A stretch of 63,911 bases of DNA, filler included, from Sphacelaria rigidula (taxonomy: Eukaryota): assembly GCA_964200075.2 (NCBI GenBank). It is 8 parts of 8 records of this genome, joined end to end, with 100 filler letters (N's around TTAATTAATTAA, not from the genome) between each part and the next. Parts side by side here need not be neighbours in the genome. Positions count along the whole stretch, not along the records: positions 32,008 to 39,908 come from CAXNAA020013049.1; positions 40,009 to 47,909 come from CAXNAA020013050.1; positions 48,010 to 55,910 come from CAXNAA020013051.1; 5 more parts are not named here. The stretch is one strand, 5' to 3'. The notes under the pieces are model-generated. The model was not told the DNA's origin and did not search any database. It was given only the letters and a program-made list of their open reading frames with translations. Numbering within the stretch: the stretch's first letter is position 1; every line of letters starts with the position of its first letter. The position numbers were made by a program, and so were the translations under genes. Positions 36,876-51,000 of the stretch are shown one piece after another.

Positions 36876-39800
36876 TATTGCTTGCAATCGTTCTTGTCTG
36901 TTACTAAGGAGGGGAACGACAACGTACCTCGGTGTCGCCGTTCCAACGGATTATGTTCTTGTTTCCGTCCGTGCGAAGACGAAAAAGTGTCGGTCGGAGA
37001 TGCGCCGATACGCACGCTAGTAGGCACGTGGTTACACTTCCTCATGCACATACAGCGCCACTTCCTTTATCCCCCAATGCAGCACCCACTTTCCATTATC
37101 TGAACTATTAATAGAGTGCAACCCGTATCTATCTATTGCCGACAAGTTCGTGAACTAACGATCGTAGTCTTTTTTCTCTCCAGATACTGAGCCATACATC
37201 CTAATTTCCTTCAGTTTTGAGCTCAACGACAGAAAATCAGTCAGCGCACCCTGAGCAAAGGTTGAAGCTCTTAATCCTGAGAACAGTATGCTGCGCCTGT
37301 TTCTTCAGTCCCATTGGATCCGGCCAGGTTGCTGCGTTCTAAAAAATGTTCCATGGTGAGCATGTACAAAAAAGCACCGGTTTCGTCAACTGGTCGATTT
37401 CGAAGAGATTGTCGGAACTCCGCCGGATCTTCTCGGGACGACAACCTGAACACTAGATAATGTTTTTTGAACGAACGAGCGCTTCAACCTTTGTTCGGGG
37501 TGCGTCGGTTGTACACTCCGTCATTCGCGCCAACTGTAGACTTGACAACATGCTGCAGGATCTGAAACATAAACAAGGTTACGGTCTGAATCTCACGAAC
37601 ATCTTGGTCGCTGCACTACTTTGTCCTAATTCCAGGAGGAATGGTGGTGAAACCCACGACATTCGTCGGATCAAAAACCAAAACCAAAAACTGTCGGCCG
37701 GAAATACGTCAGCACGCACCAAACCTCTCACTGTGCTGATCCACTTCTTCTATCCCGCAACGCAGCCCCACACGTTTTCATGTCAAATATGAAGTACAAC
37801 AAATTTCTTCAACCATCGCCCGCTGCAGTGCAGGACAAACTTCTTCGTATGTTTACACACTCACTTTGTTTTCCCTTCAAGGCTCAGTGCCACGCTCGAA
37901 GCGCAGCAATTCGGAATGATGCGTTCTTCGAGGTCCGTTATTACTCTATATATGTGGAGGTCGCCATTTGGGCAGGTGCGGAGAGATTTCATTTTATGAC
38001 GTGTAACCTAGTGAACGGCTGTTACAGGGGTAAGTTCGCAGGAGTCCCGAAACTTCCATATCTGTACAGCCGGATCTGGGACCCCAAGGTAACAGGGATC
38101 TTCCCAGCGAACCACTGGCTATCCCTGGGGCATACCTCTTGACCAAGACTCTCAGACTTTGTCTCACGACTTCCACATGTAGGGTTATATTTCCCAAAAC
38201 AAAAAATGCAGCCTATCGGGAACACGAGTCACTCATTGGGAAGCGGTAAGGGCTTCGAAGATGTAGGTCCGAAACGACTCCTCCTCCCCCCTCCCCCTCC
38301 CCTACCGTTCCTGAATATTTGATTGCCATGCTGTATGCGTCCACTCCAAAACCCTATTCAGCTGCCAAGTACTGTCGAGGGGGAAGAGGACTCGACCGCA
38401 GAATATCTAGATTTGTTGTCGGTACACTTGGAACCCCACCGCTTCTTCGAGAGAACCCGGTGGTCTGAAGGGGTCAACCAGCCTCTCCCCCGACACAAAC
38501 CTTGCAACGCGATATCACAGATTGAAGCATGACCACCACTCCCGCATCGCGTCGACTCTCACGAAATATTTCATCTCATTCTCTGATGCTTTTCATTTTC
38601 TCAGTATTACATCTCGACGACGGAAATCAGACACTTCTCAGACAAACCCCCAACCACATCTGCCGCGAACCGAACCCGCATTTTCCCGACCTTTGTGGTG
38701 TAAGCCGTAAGGCCATCGGGGAGCGGCAGCAAAGTGAAGGATGAAGGCCAACAAATCACGAATCGTTCTCAGAAAGTGAGTTTCACACACTGCGAAGCAT
38801 TCGTCGGATCTATAGTACACCGGGAGCGCTTGTGCATCAAGTGCATCATGTGCATCAATTCCAACCGACCCACGAAGCCTCCACAAACGGCGACATATTT
38901 CGGACGCAAGAGGGCACCTTTTTTCAGTTAGAGAAAAGTTAAACAAGTAGCAAGGAGAGGGGAGAAGGGCCCACGACAACACGGTTGTGTCACAAAAACA
39001 AGGGTTGACAACCCTGTAGCGCTGGGACCCGCCCTTACTCGATTGATTTGATCCATTGACTCTCGAACACTAACACCAACACTGACATTGAACGGATCCG
39101 CTAGAAATCGAGCCGTGGTCATTATCAACAGGAAGGACAAGACTTACCGAAGCCAAAATACGGAAAACCTCAGCTACAACAAAACTCAAGAACCGAGAAA
39201 AATCGAAAGGTCCCTTGCCGGCCGGGTGAAAATGTGGCGAGCAACTTTGAACGACCAGATATTACAGCCCCCGGTGCCACGGTACCGCGCAGTCGCCGTT
39301 AATGCATAATCCTGCCATGTATAGTCCGTTTACGCCCTGGACAATATATGGTCAATAGTTGCAATAGGTCCATACCTTACGCAGTACATTGCTTGTCTAT
39401 TGTAACTATCAACACATATTGTCCAGGGGGTGAAACCTTGCCGCTGCGCGCCGCTTGTCGAAGTGGTACAAGTGACACCTGTTAGTCGTGAGCATGAGGA
39501 TTCGAATGCCTGTGCATGCACTTTTTCTTTGTGACGAGTACCTCATTAACTTGATGAGAACGTCAGGAAGCGTGTGGCAGCGAGACTTTGTTCGACAAGC
39601 GTCAGCGCGATGATGCCCGAGTGCAGATCCGACCCGCGATACCAGACAGGCTTACCCTCATACATGAGGCTACGATAGTCTTCGAATCTTAAGAGCAGGA
39701 GCATCCGCACATTTGAAATCATGCCACAACGAACGTTTGCACGGACATATATACACCCATGAGACTAAGTCGAATGACAACAGTGCAGTATCCCGCAGTG

Positions 39801-42039
39801 AAGGGGCCCAGGTAATTATAATAGGTAACGCTACCCCCGGCCGCGCCCTCCTCCCTGTGGCCCCACAACACCGGATGGCGCCCGTTCCAATATTACGATT
39901 GTTGATAANNNNNNNNNNNNNNNNNNNNNNNNNNNNNNNNNNNNNNNNNNNNTTAATTAATTAANNNNNNNNNNNNNNNNNNNNNNNNNNNNNNNNNNNN
40001 NNNNNNNNGAGCTGTGCGCCACTTCCATGCCAGCATTTTGTTTTCGTTTCTCGAGGTTGTTTTTTTTTTTTCTTGTAAAACTTCGGTTCAGCAAAGAGTG
40101 GAAAACCGTGAGCTGTTAACACGACGTCACGTTCTTGTTTATGCCTCGACCATGGCCCCCAGAGTGAGACCCGTAAATGGACAAAACGCACCGCCTGTGA
40201 AAAACGCCACCGTCTGAGCAAACAACATTGTCGCATAAATCTGACCTTGACTCCAGTGCTCCTCGTCATCCCCCGCCCCTTGAATGTATACCCAAGAGTG
40301 ATGTTCGCGGTGGTGCTCACGAGATATCACCTAAAACACCCAGCACACGGACAGAGAGGTCAAGCGGCATATTAAGGTCGCAAATGTTGTACCCGCTTCG
40401 GTCCTTTAATCCCCTACTCCTACTGCTGGTGCGTTGAGCAAGCTTCCGTTGCCAAAACAAAACAACCTGCCTGCGGGTTTCATCCATCGTTTCCGACGGC
40501 CGTTGATGACGGGTATGAGTGCACGTAAGAGCGGCAGAGATATCGCGCACTGTTCACACTAAATTCTGTTTTTGACATATTGACATGAAAATGAGACCGT
40601 CTAAATGCACGTTGGATATTGCGATACCCTTGAGCGAGAGACCTGGGGTGCTAGCTTCGACCATACCGTGGTCATGCTTTTTCCTGGCTTTTGTGGGGGA
40701 GCTTCACACCTTGGAGGACGAAACACAGATGATGGGGGTGAAGGAGAGGTCGTTTTCCGAAGAAGGGGAGGAAGGCCATGCGGGAAGCATGCCGTCTATG
40801 ATCCGCGTCTCCGGAGATATCCACACGGGACGTAATGGCTTCTTCAGGAACGAGCGAACTCTGCGCAAAGGAGATGTAAAAACAGCGTGCTGAGACACAT
40901 TCTCATCGACACCAAAAGATCACGAGAAAAATCTAAAAAAGGTCGTTCTTTGACATATCACAAGATAGGCCTTGGAAAAAATCAGTACGACATGACTTGA
41001 GCATCCCGTGACAACGGCCTACCGCATGCACACTCAGTTGTCCTAGCGCACGAGAGCCAGGGAGTTCACACGAGTCTGATAAAAAATGTCGCGCTGTGCC
41101 GAATCCTCCATGGCGGCAGCTAGCGGTGGTGTTCACCGTGCACACGGAAACGGGGTCAAAAGCGGCAAGTTCACGAGATTTTCGTTCAAATGAAGTGATG
41201 AAAAAAACATTGGTTTAAAAATGGTACAATGGCAAACTCGGCTACAACGTTTGGAAAAAATGCGAAAACAAAGAGTGAAAGGCTTCCGCATGCATCAGAC
41301 AAGAATAAGCAACTGCACACAACCGTGAACGCCTGGCTCGTGCGCAAAGTACGTGTGAGCTCAACCCGAGGTGACTCCGTTCTTCACCGACCAATCGAAA
41401 ACTTCTACATGACGCGTGAACGGTCCCAGCAACGAGAGACCAGTGAATTTCTCCGGGAATTCGTCTCTCCAAGTGTGGGAGAGAGCGCCTGATATCTTGA
41501 GCAAGGCAGCAATCGACCAATAGAAGATCTTCATCGTAGTATGGAAAGCATATCTTGTTGACTGAAGTTGAAAAAAATCCGCTAATGTCCTTCGGTAAAA
41601 AAAGTGGTGATGGGGGGGGCACACGTCGAGTACTGTGGCCCTTCGAATCATCGAACTACCCCTCTTCTCAATTTCAGGTCCTAGCCCACAAACCTGGAGT
41701 AACAACTCCAACCTGTGTGGATGCTCAAGGGCTAGATAATCCCATACACCATTATCAATGTTTTTTTCTTGATATGTGTTCCGGCCATAAGCATTCAAAC
41801 GGCGACGAGTGGGGTATCGAAGTAGGTATCGTTTTCGTCGCGTAGGTGTCAGCAACGGGAACGAAACCCCAGGACGATCAAGCAAGTGCCTCGTTGATCT
41901 GTGCACGACACAGCCCTCCTTCTGCCAGCAGGACATGATACGTGTGCAAACATTGTGCAAAAATAATCGAACGACCGAACAGGAAGGCACGCGCATCCCG
42001 CGGTGGTTGTACGGCTCCAGCGAACCTACGATTTGCGTA

Positions 42040-43343
42040 CAGGCTGGTTCATGCTCATCACCCAACAAGTGTCATCAGCAAATTCCTTTTGGATTACCTA
42101 CCCGATAGTCGCATACATGATATCATATTGACCACCATGGACAGCTGAAGAGCGTGACATGGTCGGATTTTTGTGTAAGGCCATAGCGGTAGCGCTAAGG
42201 GCGAAAAGGTATATCGACCAATGAGCGCCCCTCAAGTTGTTCCGAGATCGAATTTTCGAACTCCAAGCCCAATTTTCACCCAATCTCCACATGCCTCAAA
42301 ATCGTAGTAACCGCCGTCGGCTCGGGAATCTCACGATAAAAACGTATTCGAAAACGGTTACTACGGGGGTCGAATTGTAACCGAAACCGTGATGTTTCGG
42401 TGATGTCGGGTGTTGGCGTCATCTCATTTCCCCTGAAGACACGCACGAAAGACCAACGGGGCCTCGTGACGGTGTCCCCTATATATGTTGTAGGAAAGCT
42501 CAGATCGACCTCAAACCTGGCAGTTCCATAGATATTGATACTCCAAATGGAAAAATTGTGCTCTTGACAATATTTCGAAGCCCCTCCGATCTCTACCGGC
42601 TTCCGGGGATCCCAGTATGAAAACACCCGGAAGGCGGTACAGAATGCCTCAAAAGAAAAAGAAAAAAAAAACGATGGGTCCCGGGATAGTCCAAGAAACA
42701 GATGTACAAAGTTCGGTGGTAAAACTCGAAAACCTCACACAGCTTTCCTCGCCTTGACGTAAAATTCACCCCAAAAGACGTTTTCATGCTGAAACCAAGT
42801 CATTGGGAGTTGCACGTTTTAAGCCCACGTCCTCCACAAACGCGCAAACCTTCACGCCGCTATTAGGAGTTAGACCCTGAAGCATGTTCATGCCCGACTG
42901 CACTCTCGGCTCTCTGACGACGGAAATTAACAAAACAAATTGGGAGAAATGTTTTCCGCAACAACCGTCGTTCGTACAGGTGATATATATCGATGAAATT
43001 TACACCACTGCGGACTCGTCTGAGAGGAAGAGATAAACAATCTTTCTTGGGGCAATATGCTACATGTCATTACGCAACTTTTCATCGACGATTTTTTTTA
43101 TTATTATATATATATATACATCTCTTTACCGTTTTACGGGGGTCCGATTGGATCGATGTTTCCCCGAAAAAACTGGAATCCCCGAAAAATGGTGAAAAAA
43201 GTAGGAAGTAAAAAAAAAACGACCTTCGACAGTTGCTTCATGCCCCGTAGAAAAGCTGTGCAAAATTTCAGGATGTAACCCCTTAGAACGGCGTGAGGTT
43301 TTGCCGATGAGTGTTTTTGGGGTGATAAGCGTGAGCCAGCTGG
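42040..43343 (-). mobile_element. TA-flanked non-autonomous Tc1/mariner-type element, full length
   Basis: ta|CAGGCTGGTTCATGCTCATCACCC ... GGGTGATAAGCGTGAGCCAGCTGG; homologous to 10087-11135 and 58728-59840, with a further fragment at ~7600-7760. Confidence 0.7.
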
Positions 43344-43539
43344 TGATTTTTGCTGCTCTCCAGGCGGTTTGCTCCAAGGAAGATTGTTTATCTCTTCCTC
43401 TCAGACGAGTCCGCAGTGGTGTAAATTTCATCGATATCACCTGTACGAACGACGGTTGTTGCGGAAAACATTTATCCCAATTTTTTTGTTAATTTCCGTC
43501 GTCAGAGAGCCGAGAGTGCAGTCGGATATGAACATGCTT
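42880..43539. repeat. Near-identical ~175-bp inverted repeat (42880-43055 / 43369-43539)
   Basis: Direct reverse-complement match with only a few substitutions and one small indel. Confidence 0.92.
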
Positions 43540-46500
43540 TTGCCAACAAACTAGCCAACCGAGCCTACTTGAACTATCAAGCGTCAATACACAAAACCGC
43601 CAGTGTTTAGTCACGTACCAGTCACGCTATTGTACCGCACAATACCTTATTCTAAGGGGTTCTCTGGCGGCGCCCAGTCCCTTCAGCCAGCCGTCAAGAC
43701 GGGCTTCGATTTGGCTCGTTTCCGAGGCGCTCAGCCACCTGAAAATGCTTCATGCAAGTTACTTTAACTCAGGAAAGAGCGTTCGGAAATACAGCAATGA
43801 AGTGGTCTCAGATACCAACGGAATACGACGTGAGCGTGATGCAAACATCAACCTCCGCAGAAAATGGTCGACAGGAAAACGGGGTCTCGAAGACACACTG
43901 CTTCCAGCAGTCTCCTGCAGTTTTGTCCCTGGGCAAGGAAACGATATCACACCGAACACCCGCCATGGAAATAAAATTACCATGGTGGTGTTGCAAAGCA
44001 TACCCATCCCAAAATCACAATATATTGAGTCGTCATGCTGAGAAATTCACTGAGTGTCAGGCACCAATCGTGTATTCAACGTGTTTATTCCAGGACACGA
44101 GCCCTGCGCTCCCCCGATGAGAAACCCTGCTTACCAACCAGCCAGCCGATTCAGTCATGTGAAGGTCAATGAAGCTGTCGAGATGAATGGCATCATCATT
44201 TATTTTGTACAGCGTTGTATACCGACAGCTATCCAACGGCAGCACCTGGTGATACGAAACACACGGACTGTACCTGGGAGTGTGGAGCGCGGTGTCCCAA
44301 ACCTCCGATCTCTCCTCCCCTCGGCCTGTGCATATCTCGCTAGCCACCAACCGGTTTAAAACGCAGCACCAAATAGGCACCGTCGATGTAAACGAGTCGG
44401 GGAAACGCTTCCCGTTTCGTGTTGAGTCCACAACGAAACAGCCCCCAGCGCTGGCGGCGGCCGCCGCTAGGTGAAGATTGAGCCGAGTGTAGCTGAACGA
44501 CCACCTGCAAATAGCAGCAACAGCGCGTACGCGATGCAGCTAAGCTTTGTGTCCTCATATGTCCATGTCCCTCGTGGATTGCGTGATGACGTTGGGCAAA
44601 ATAGTACAGTTGGCCTGGGGATGCCGGATTCACTTCCCAAGTACGCATGTTCCGAAGGCCTTCGACCATTCAACCAGACTGTCAGCACCATGCCAGCCGC
44701 TTGAAACTCCAATTCGTGCCGCCCGTAACAGGTTGTTTACTCGGCATTCTGTATGATGTTGTCGTGCTTTTGCTTTATCAAAAGTGTGGCGTGATTCGTA
44801 TGTGCTGAAATCAAACCAACTGCCACGCCGTGAGGGGCAGCTCAGGTCCCCAGTGCGGTTAGTGTCGGTCACTTCGACATGCACGGCGTGCTTGCAGTTC
44901 TTCCCGTTTTTGCCTATTCCTGCCGAATGAAGTTCTGTGTTATCTCCCTGGGCAGGTGTGTGTACACCAAAACAAGAACGCTTCACAGTTGTGAGGATCA
45001 CCCTCGAAGATTTCCACCCGTAGCTCAGTAGTAAACCCTAGGTTTTGGATGAATTTAGCTCATGACACACACACCACCATTAGGGGTTCGGCAGCGGTTC
45101 CCTAGCCGCCTTCTGAACCGCTCACCACCCAGAACCCGCAAGCCAACAGTACAGTGAATGGCGTGAAAACACAAGCGACCGCAAAGTGTGAGACTTGCAT
45201 AAACGACCAGCTAAGTTGAGCTCGCCGAGAAACGCCGGTCAGATTCGGGATCTTGCGGAACTCATGCATTTGATCTGTGATCTGCACTTCAATATAAATC
45301 AATATCTATAGACATATATCGACAATTCAAAGCCCTCCCCTTACTCGGAACGAGTCTGAGGCGGTGTCAAGGGATCAACCCATCTCTCCCCCGATACACA
45401 CTTTACATTCGGGTATCGCGGGTTGGATCATGACCATCAGCACTCCAGCACCGCGTTAACTCTCGACATGAAAAGTCTTCTTGCTACCCACATCTTCATG
45501 CTTCCAACGACGGAAACAGATTGTTCACAGAAGAAAAAACTGAAATCAATTTATCCGGCGGCAATCAAAACCATATTTTTTCCCATCTGATGGTGTCAGT
45601 GGCAACAGTATCGTAAAAGTGCAGGCGAACGCACCGGTACGCTCGATCGCGGAAGGGTGCGACCGAAAAATCAAGTTTGAAGTGACTTAGTTCGGTTTTC
45701 GAACCAGGGTCGGAGCGATCGCACAGGAGTGCGGTGATCCCGACCGAGATCCCACTTTCGGGTGTGAGGTTCGGGCGTGAGGTTGCGTGCTGTCGCGTCC
45801 GGCCCCAGGTTACATGAGCTGAGCTGCAACGCTTTGTCGCACTTCGCGTATCTCCCGGGATATCATCGAGGCTCAACTGGTGTTTGTACTGCAGGTGCAC
45901 GCGTAGGGATAAGGAATGTTTCCACTGAATCGGTACACGGTAGCCACACCCAGGCAAGCACACCGAAACAAAACACAGATATATCGCAAACCAAAATTTA
46001 CCGATAGCCAAGAAAAATCTAGAAGGCGAAATCGATTATTTGCAGCAGGCGATCGCATTGTCTCTTTGCACGCACTGCAAAAATCAAACTCGCATCCTAA
46101 TCCGCTCGTCACCAATCGCTGCACGCCGCAGGGAGAAGCGAAGCTGCGATCTCCTGGTCCAAGTAACTCGGATGTTTTAGCGACCCTTTCTCAACTAGCG
46201 ATTCACAGCTCGTCGCCTTCCTCCTCTTTTCTCCTCTTTTGCGGCCCCGCCCCTCGGCCCTCCGACGAGCTCTACAACGCTGTCAGAGGGTAGTACCAGT
46301 ACGTCCGCTGTTGGTTTATCCAGTATCACACGTTTCGGAGCTAACGCACAGGGATGTGCGTTCAATACACTGGTATTGCTGGTCGTGTAATTACTCAGAG
46401 TCACATGTGTCGGAGTTATTGCACAGTGGTGTGCGCTACCAGACGATTTCAGAAAGTTTCCAGACAGGGGTCGTGGCGATCGCACAGATCGCAGTTATGG

Positions 46501-47219
46501 CATCCCTGTGCGATAAAAATCCAAGTTAGAAATTATTATTAAAATTGGCCGCACACGTGTGCGCTTGCCCGCACGTCTTTGGTACACCACTGGGGAGCGG
46601 CCGCATATGTACACACATATATATGTACATGTGTCATTTCACTTTTTTAACCACTTTTACCGAGTTTTCTCTGGGGGCAAGGCATCTCATCACGCGCGCT
46701 TACTTTTGGAGTGCGCGGAGAAGGCGCAGCGGTACATTACCCTTCAGGTTTGGGTGTCATCTGATACTTGTGGCGCGTGTTCTGGCCATCGAAAGTCGCC
46801 CGCACTGGCTCTTTTTTGCGGGGTGTCGATCCCGAACCACAAAAGCCTTCCCAAGTTCATGAAAAACTTCAAGCAGCAGGATGACTTGTTGGCGGGGTAT
46901 TTTCCCCCCGTGTTTCCATTCGTCGGGTTCTTGTTCATTTGGGGGCACGATTACACCGCTTATGCCGCCACGAGAACATGAGAGGAATGCAGTTGAAAAC
47001 AATTGAACATTGCCTTGGCCTTAGTCAGCAGCAAACACCAGACCATGCGGTGAGCCTTCGGCGAGGTGAACAAGGCACACACGTGGGCAAACGTCCCCAC
47101 TGTGGGCCACCTGAATTGACCAGCAAAGGGCGGTGCCGAAATCCCTGTGATCATGCAACCCGTAGGATGCACCTGTGTGAACTACGGGCGCAGGGATATC
47201 CTTGCGGCAGGGTTGATAG

Positions 47220-47474
47220 TGTAATGCGTGGGATCGTTCAAGATTAGAATTATCTTCTCGCTGGAGGACCGCGTGCTGAGAGGACCGCATCGGAATTTGA
47301 ATGTCCCCATGGTTAGGGTTAGGGTTAGGGTTAGGGTTAGGGTTAGTGTCGGGGTCATGTTCAGGGGCGTAGTACCTGGAAGGGCTGGCCCGATTGGTTT
47401 TGAAAAACGTCGATCCTGAGATGTTTTGAACTACGGCGCGGTCCTTTAAGCACGCGGTCCTCTCACGCGTTATA
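47220..47474 (-). mobile_element. TGT...ACA MITE with telomere-like core, copy 4
   Basis: Same TIRs with a ~30-bp insertion in the left TIR; perfect (TTAGGG)5 at 47313-47342. Confidence 0.85.
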
Positions 47475-47687
47475 GACAAGTTTGTCCTTGTTACAGGAAT
47501 GACAGGGAGAACCATACGACTATGCACCTCATGTATCTTTCGGCGACTTAGTACTGTATTTTCAGTACAAGTCAAGCCTTACTTTGCTTGTGGATTTCTC
47601 CGCCGTGTCTGAACGAACCAGCCTGAAATTGGCACAGAGGTAGACCACAACACAGACAGCATATTCCCGCATCGGCGGCACGTTTAA

Positions 47688-47785
47688 CCCTTAGACAGCG
47701 AGAGTAGGTCATGGGTGGAGTCGGCATCAATTTCATTCGAAAAAGGTATGCATGATCCAGGTAGACTACCCTCGCGGTCTAAGGG
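47688..47785. mobile_element. 98-bp piggyBac-type MITE
   Basis: TTAA|CCCTTAGACAGCGAG ... CTCGCGGTCTAAGGG|TCAA. Confidence 0.7.
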
Positions 47786-48009
47786 TCAACGTGGTGCGCC
47801 AGACGCGCGATGAATACGGATTCTGGGCAATGCCATCGATACGCCCTCAAAAACAGACTCCCCTCAGCCTAGACTGTGTGAGACGTTAGTGAATGCATAT
47901 GTGGAATCGNNNNNNNNNNNNNNNNNNNNNNNNNNNNNNNNNNNNNNNNNNNNTTAATTAATTAANNNNNNNNNNNNNNNNNNNNNNNNNNNNNNNNNNN
48001 NNNNNNNNN

Positions 48010-51000
48010 GGTGCAGTGGACGAAAATTGGATTTCGTACACAGTCAGGGATGGACGACGCCTAGGAAAGGAAGTGGATGTGGATGTTTGCAATAATTGTT
48101 TGAAGCTATGAGAAACAGGGGAGAAACAGTCCTGATCGGACTGCAATTTTGACGGCACAGCCGGGGTTTGTACGGCACCATGAGACATACATGCAGGGCG
48201 TAGCGGGTTTACTGTCCCAACAGTTGTCAACGCTACTTTATTCTTCAACATAGATTCCAAGGAGTCGGCAGGAAGCGGTGCTGATCTGTTCGGGATCTCG
48301 GAAACACCGACCTGTTCTACGACAAGGCCTTCATCCGCTGTGCCCGGCACCCGGGCACCTTCTTGGTGGGCGTATGCAGCGGCAACTACAGGTTTATTTA
48401 CAGTGTCATCCGGAAGAGCCTTCTCCTGGTGCCGCGTATAGCGCACTCTAGAGCCGGCTATTCCAGGGGCTTTTGGGAAGTTAGCAAGGTCAGTCCGTTC
48501 GTGGCTACGCGCGTGGCGCTTGGTCGACACTGGCGCTTCGGGTTCCTTCCCAACCCGCTGAGCTACGGAAAGCAAGGACTCGGCACTGGCGCGCGTAGTG
48601 CACGAAAAATTACGCTCACCAAATAAAAGGGGACCGGGCACACGCGGAATTTCGCACGCATGTGTTTCCGGGTTCGACTGGACTCCTGAGTCCTTCTCGG
48701 GGCTGGGGAGTCTCTGTAACTACGATGAACGGTCGTAGGGGTAACAGCTACCGTATCAGAAGATGCTCCTGCTTCCAAGGCGGTAGGCGCTACGCTACAC
48801 GACTGCCGATTCCGCGGGGCGATCGGGTCCAACTGGAATTGATTACTACCACTCGGAAATACAACTGGGTGGTCAGATCCAGTATGAAAACACTGGGGTT
48901 GGTCACTGCGCATTTGGGAGTCATGCAATGTTGCACGGGACTACGCTGTCGTGGAACCCGTCATGACAGAACAGTCAACACTAGCGTACCCACACCACAA
49001 GCGAGAACCCACGCTGGCCGACGAGGAGTTTGTTAAGTGGTGATGGTGCACTGGCTGAGTGAAAGAAAACGTGTTGCCGCGGTTTGTTGTTGAAGGTTGT
49101 TGGGGTCCGAATGTGGACCTGTGGACGACAATGGGGTTTGAAGTAGAAGTGTTATCAAAATGTAAAGAGGGTGACGGCGAAGTGTTACAAGCGGTCACAC
49201 ACGTGAAGGTACCCCGTCGGTGATTTGGAAACGCGGGGTGTTGTGCGTTTCCCAAACACCGTCAGGTGGTACGTCTGGCATTGGTAGAGTCGTGGGTTCC
49301 ATTCTGGCGGGCTGTGTTCGGGGCAGTAGATGTGTTTGTGGGGGTGCTAGGAGTACTTAAGTATTGAGTCTAGTTTGACGGGTGAAAAGCGCCCGAATGG
49401 GCGGGGGGTACGTGAGAGGGGGCCGTGTTAGCGGGCTGAGCGTGATAATCGGAATGTTGGTATTGAGGGGGGGCGCGAGTGTCACCATTATAGTGGCGAT
49501 TGCCGCGGCGGGGGCGTTGGTAGGAATTGCGGGCGCCGCTGGGTCGAGAGTGACGGCAAGACCGCATACGTGCTTGCCAAGTTGGCCAAAAGTGCGCAAA
49601 CTGGGGCTCGGAGAATATTGGGTTGAGTACGGCAAATGCGTTTGTGAACGGGGCTTCGCATTGGCGCATCGAGTGCGTTGGAACTTGACCATCTGCGGAG
49701 TACCCCGTTTGAGGATTGAACCAAGTGCAATAGTTCAGGCAGTGATCTTTGCAGCGGCGAATTACATCTGATCGAAGGTTAGGGTCTCCGTTACTGGCCT
49801 AGACGGGGGGTCTGTTGTGTTTATCGAAGTGCTTACCTGAAACACTTCCGGCCAAATTTCCGTCGCGAAGGGCAAGCTTGGAAAGCGACTGTTGAATGCG
49901 TCTGAGGTGTGTGCGAACGTGACCTCCCCAGTAGAGGCCATAGACGTAGGAATCCATGGGCGTTGGTTTGTTTTAGAAGGTGGTGGTTGGGAGTGAGACG
50001 CAGGGGGGGCGGCAACCGGGTGAGGCAAAAGGGTGGCGGAGGCATTGTGGCTGTGCCGTACAGAGGGGCCGTTGTGAATCGCGGAGGAGCTACTCTGTTT
50101 TGCATCCATCACATCTAATGCCGGAATGCGGTTGGACCAATGTCCATCTAATTCCGTCCATATAGCGTCCAAGGTTGGAAACGGGACCGGTGAAGTAGCT
50201 GCGGTACCGACAAAGACGGTTGGCATGAGGCTAGGGTATTGGCGTCCCATATTGGAACGGAAAAGACTCATCACCACTTCTTGTGATGGGGCAGATTCGC
50301 TGCCACCGTTTACCGTAACCGGAACTAAAGTGCGATATTCCTTGAGGTAGTGGTCAAAAGGGGTGTCGACGGGTACCTTAAACGATCGTAGGCGTTCGAG
50401 TGACTCGCCTTCGTGAGTGGTGTCCAGGGATGAACTGATGAGTCTGAGAAGGAGGGTGAAAGCGGCGTAACCGCCATTTCCGAGGGTGAGGGAGCGTGCG
50501 GCTTGTGCGAAGTGGTGATCGAGCATGTTGGACAATTTAGATGCCTCGGGAGAGCTGAAATCGATTGTAAAGGTCGAAGGCAGCCATCTACCCAATCACT
50601 GGTTTCAAGGTCGACGGATGTATCGTCGCAGTGTTAGAGGATATCAGTAACTACAGTAGTGAGGGATTGTCGTAACTGGCTGCAGGAAAGGCTTATATCA
50701 GATCCCGCAGGAAAGGATAGTGAAGGCTTGACTTTGCCTACAAATTTCGGGTCCAAGTTCTTGTACTGGTGGCGTACAGCCTGAATGTGTGCCTGCCGGT
50801 CCGTGGAAGAGGGGGAAGGGTCAATGGATTGAGGGGTGGGAGCCGAAGGGGCAAACTGTACGCGGCGGGTAGCAGGTTTGGTGTCTTCCTTCCCCTGCTT
50901 AACTTTGATCTGAGAGTGATGCTGTTTGGCGACAGTGGATGATAGCGGAAGGAAATCGCTCAAAGTGGTGGGCGTCGGACGTGAAGCGGCCGCACTCTTG

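Noticed and set aside
41361..42068. 235-aa ORF
   Set aside because: No recognisable domain; its start lies inside a transposon end; no splice or codon support.
44340..45001. Possible transposase remnant (CKH, LRNMRTWEV)
   Set aside because: Motifs are too weak to assign without a database search.
47313..47342. True telomere or chromosome end
   Set aside because: Only five units, located inside a TIR element; the short tracts at ~21681 and ~24259 are also interstitial.
48520..48555. LVDTGASGSF retropepsin-like motif on the + strand
   Set aside because: Antisense to the retroelement and followed by a stop a few codons later; probably chance.
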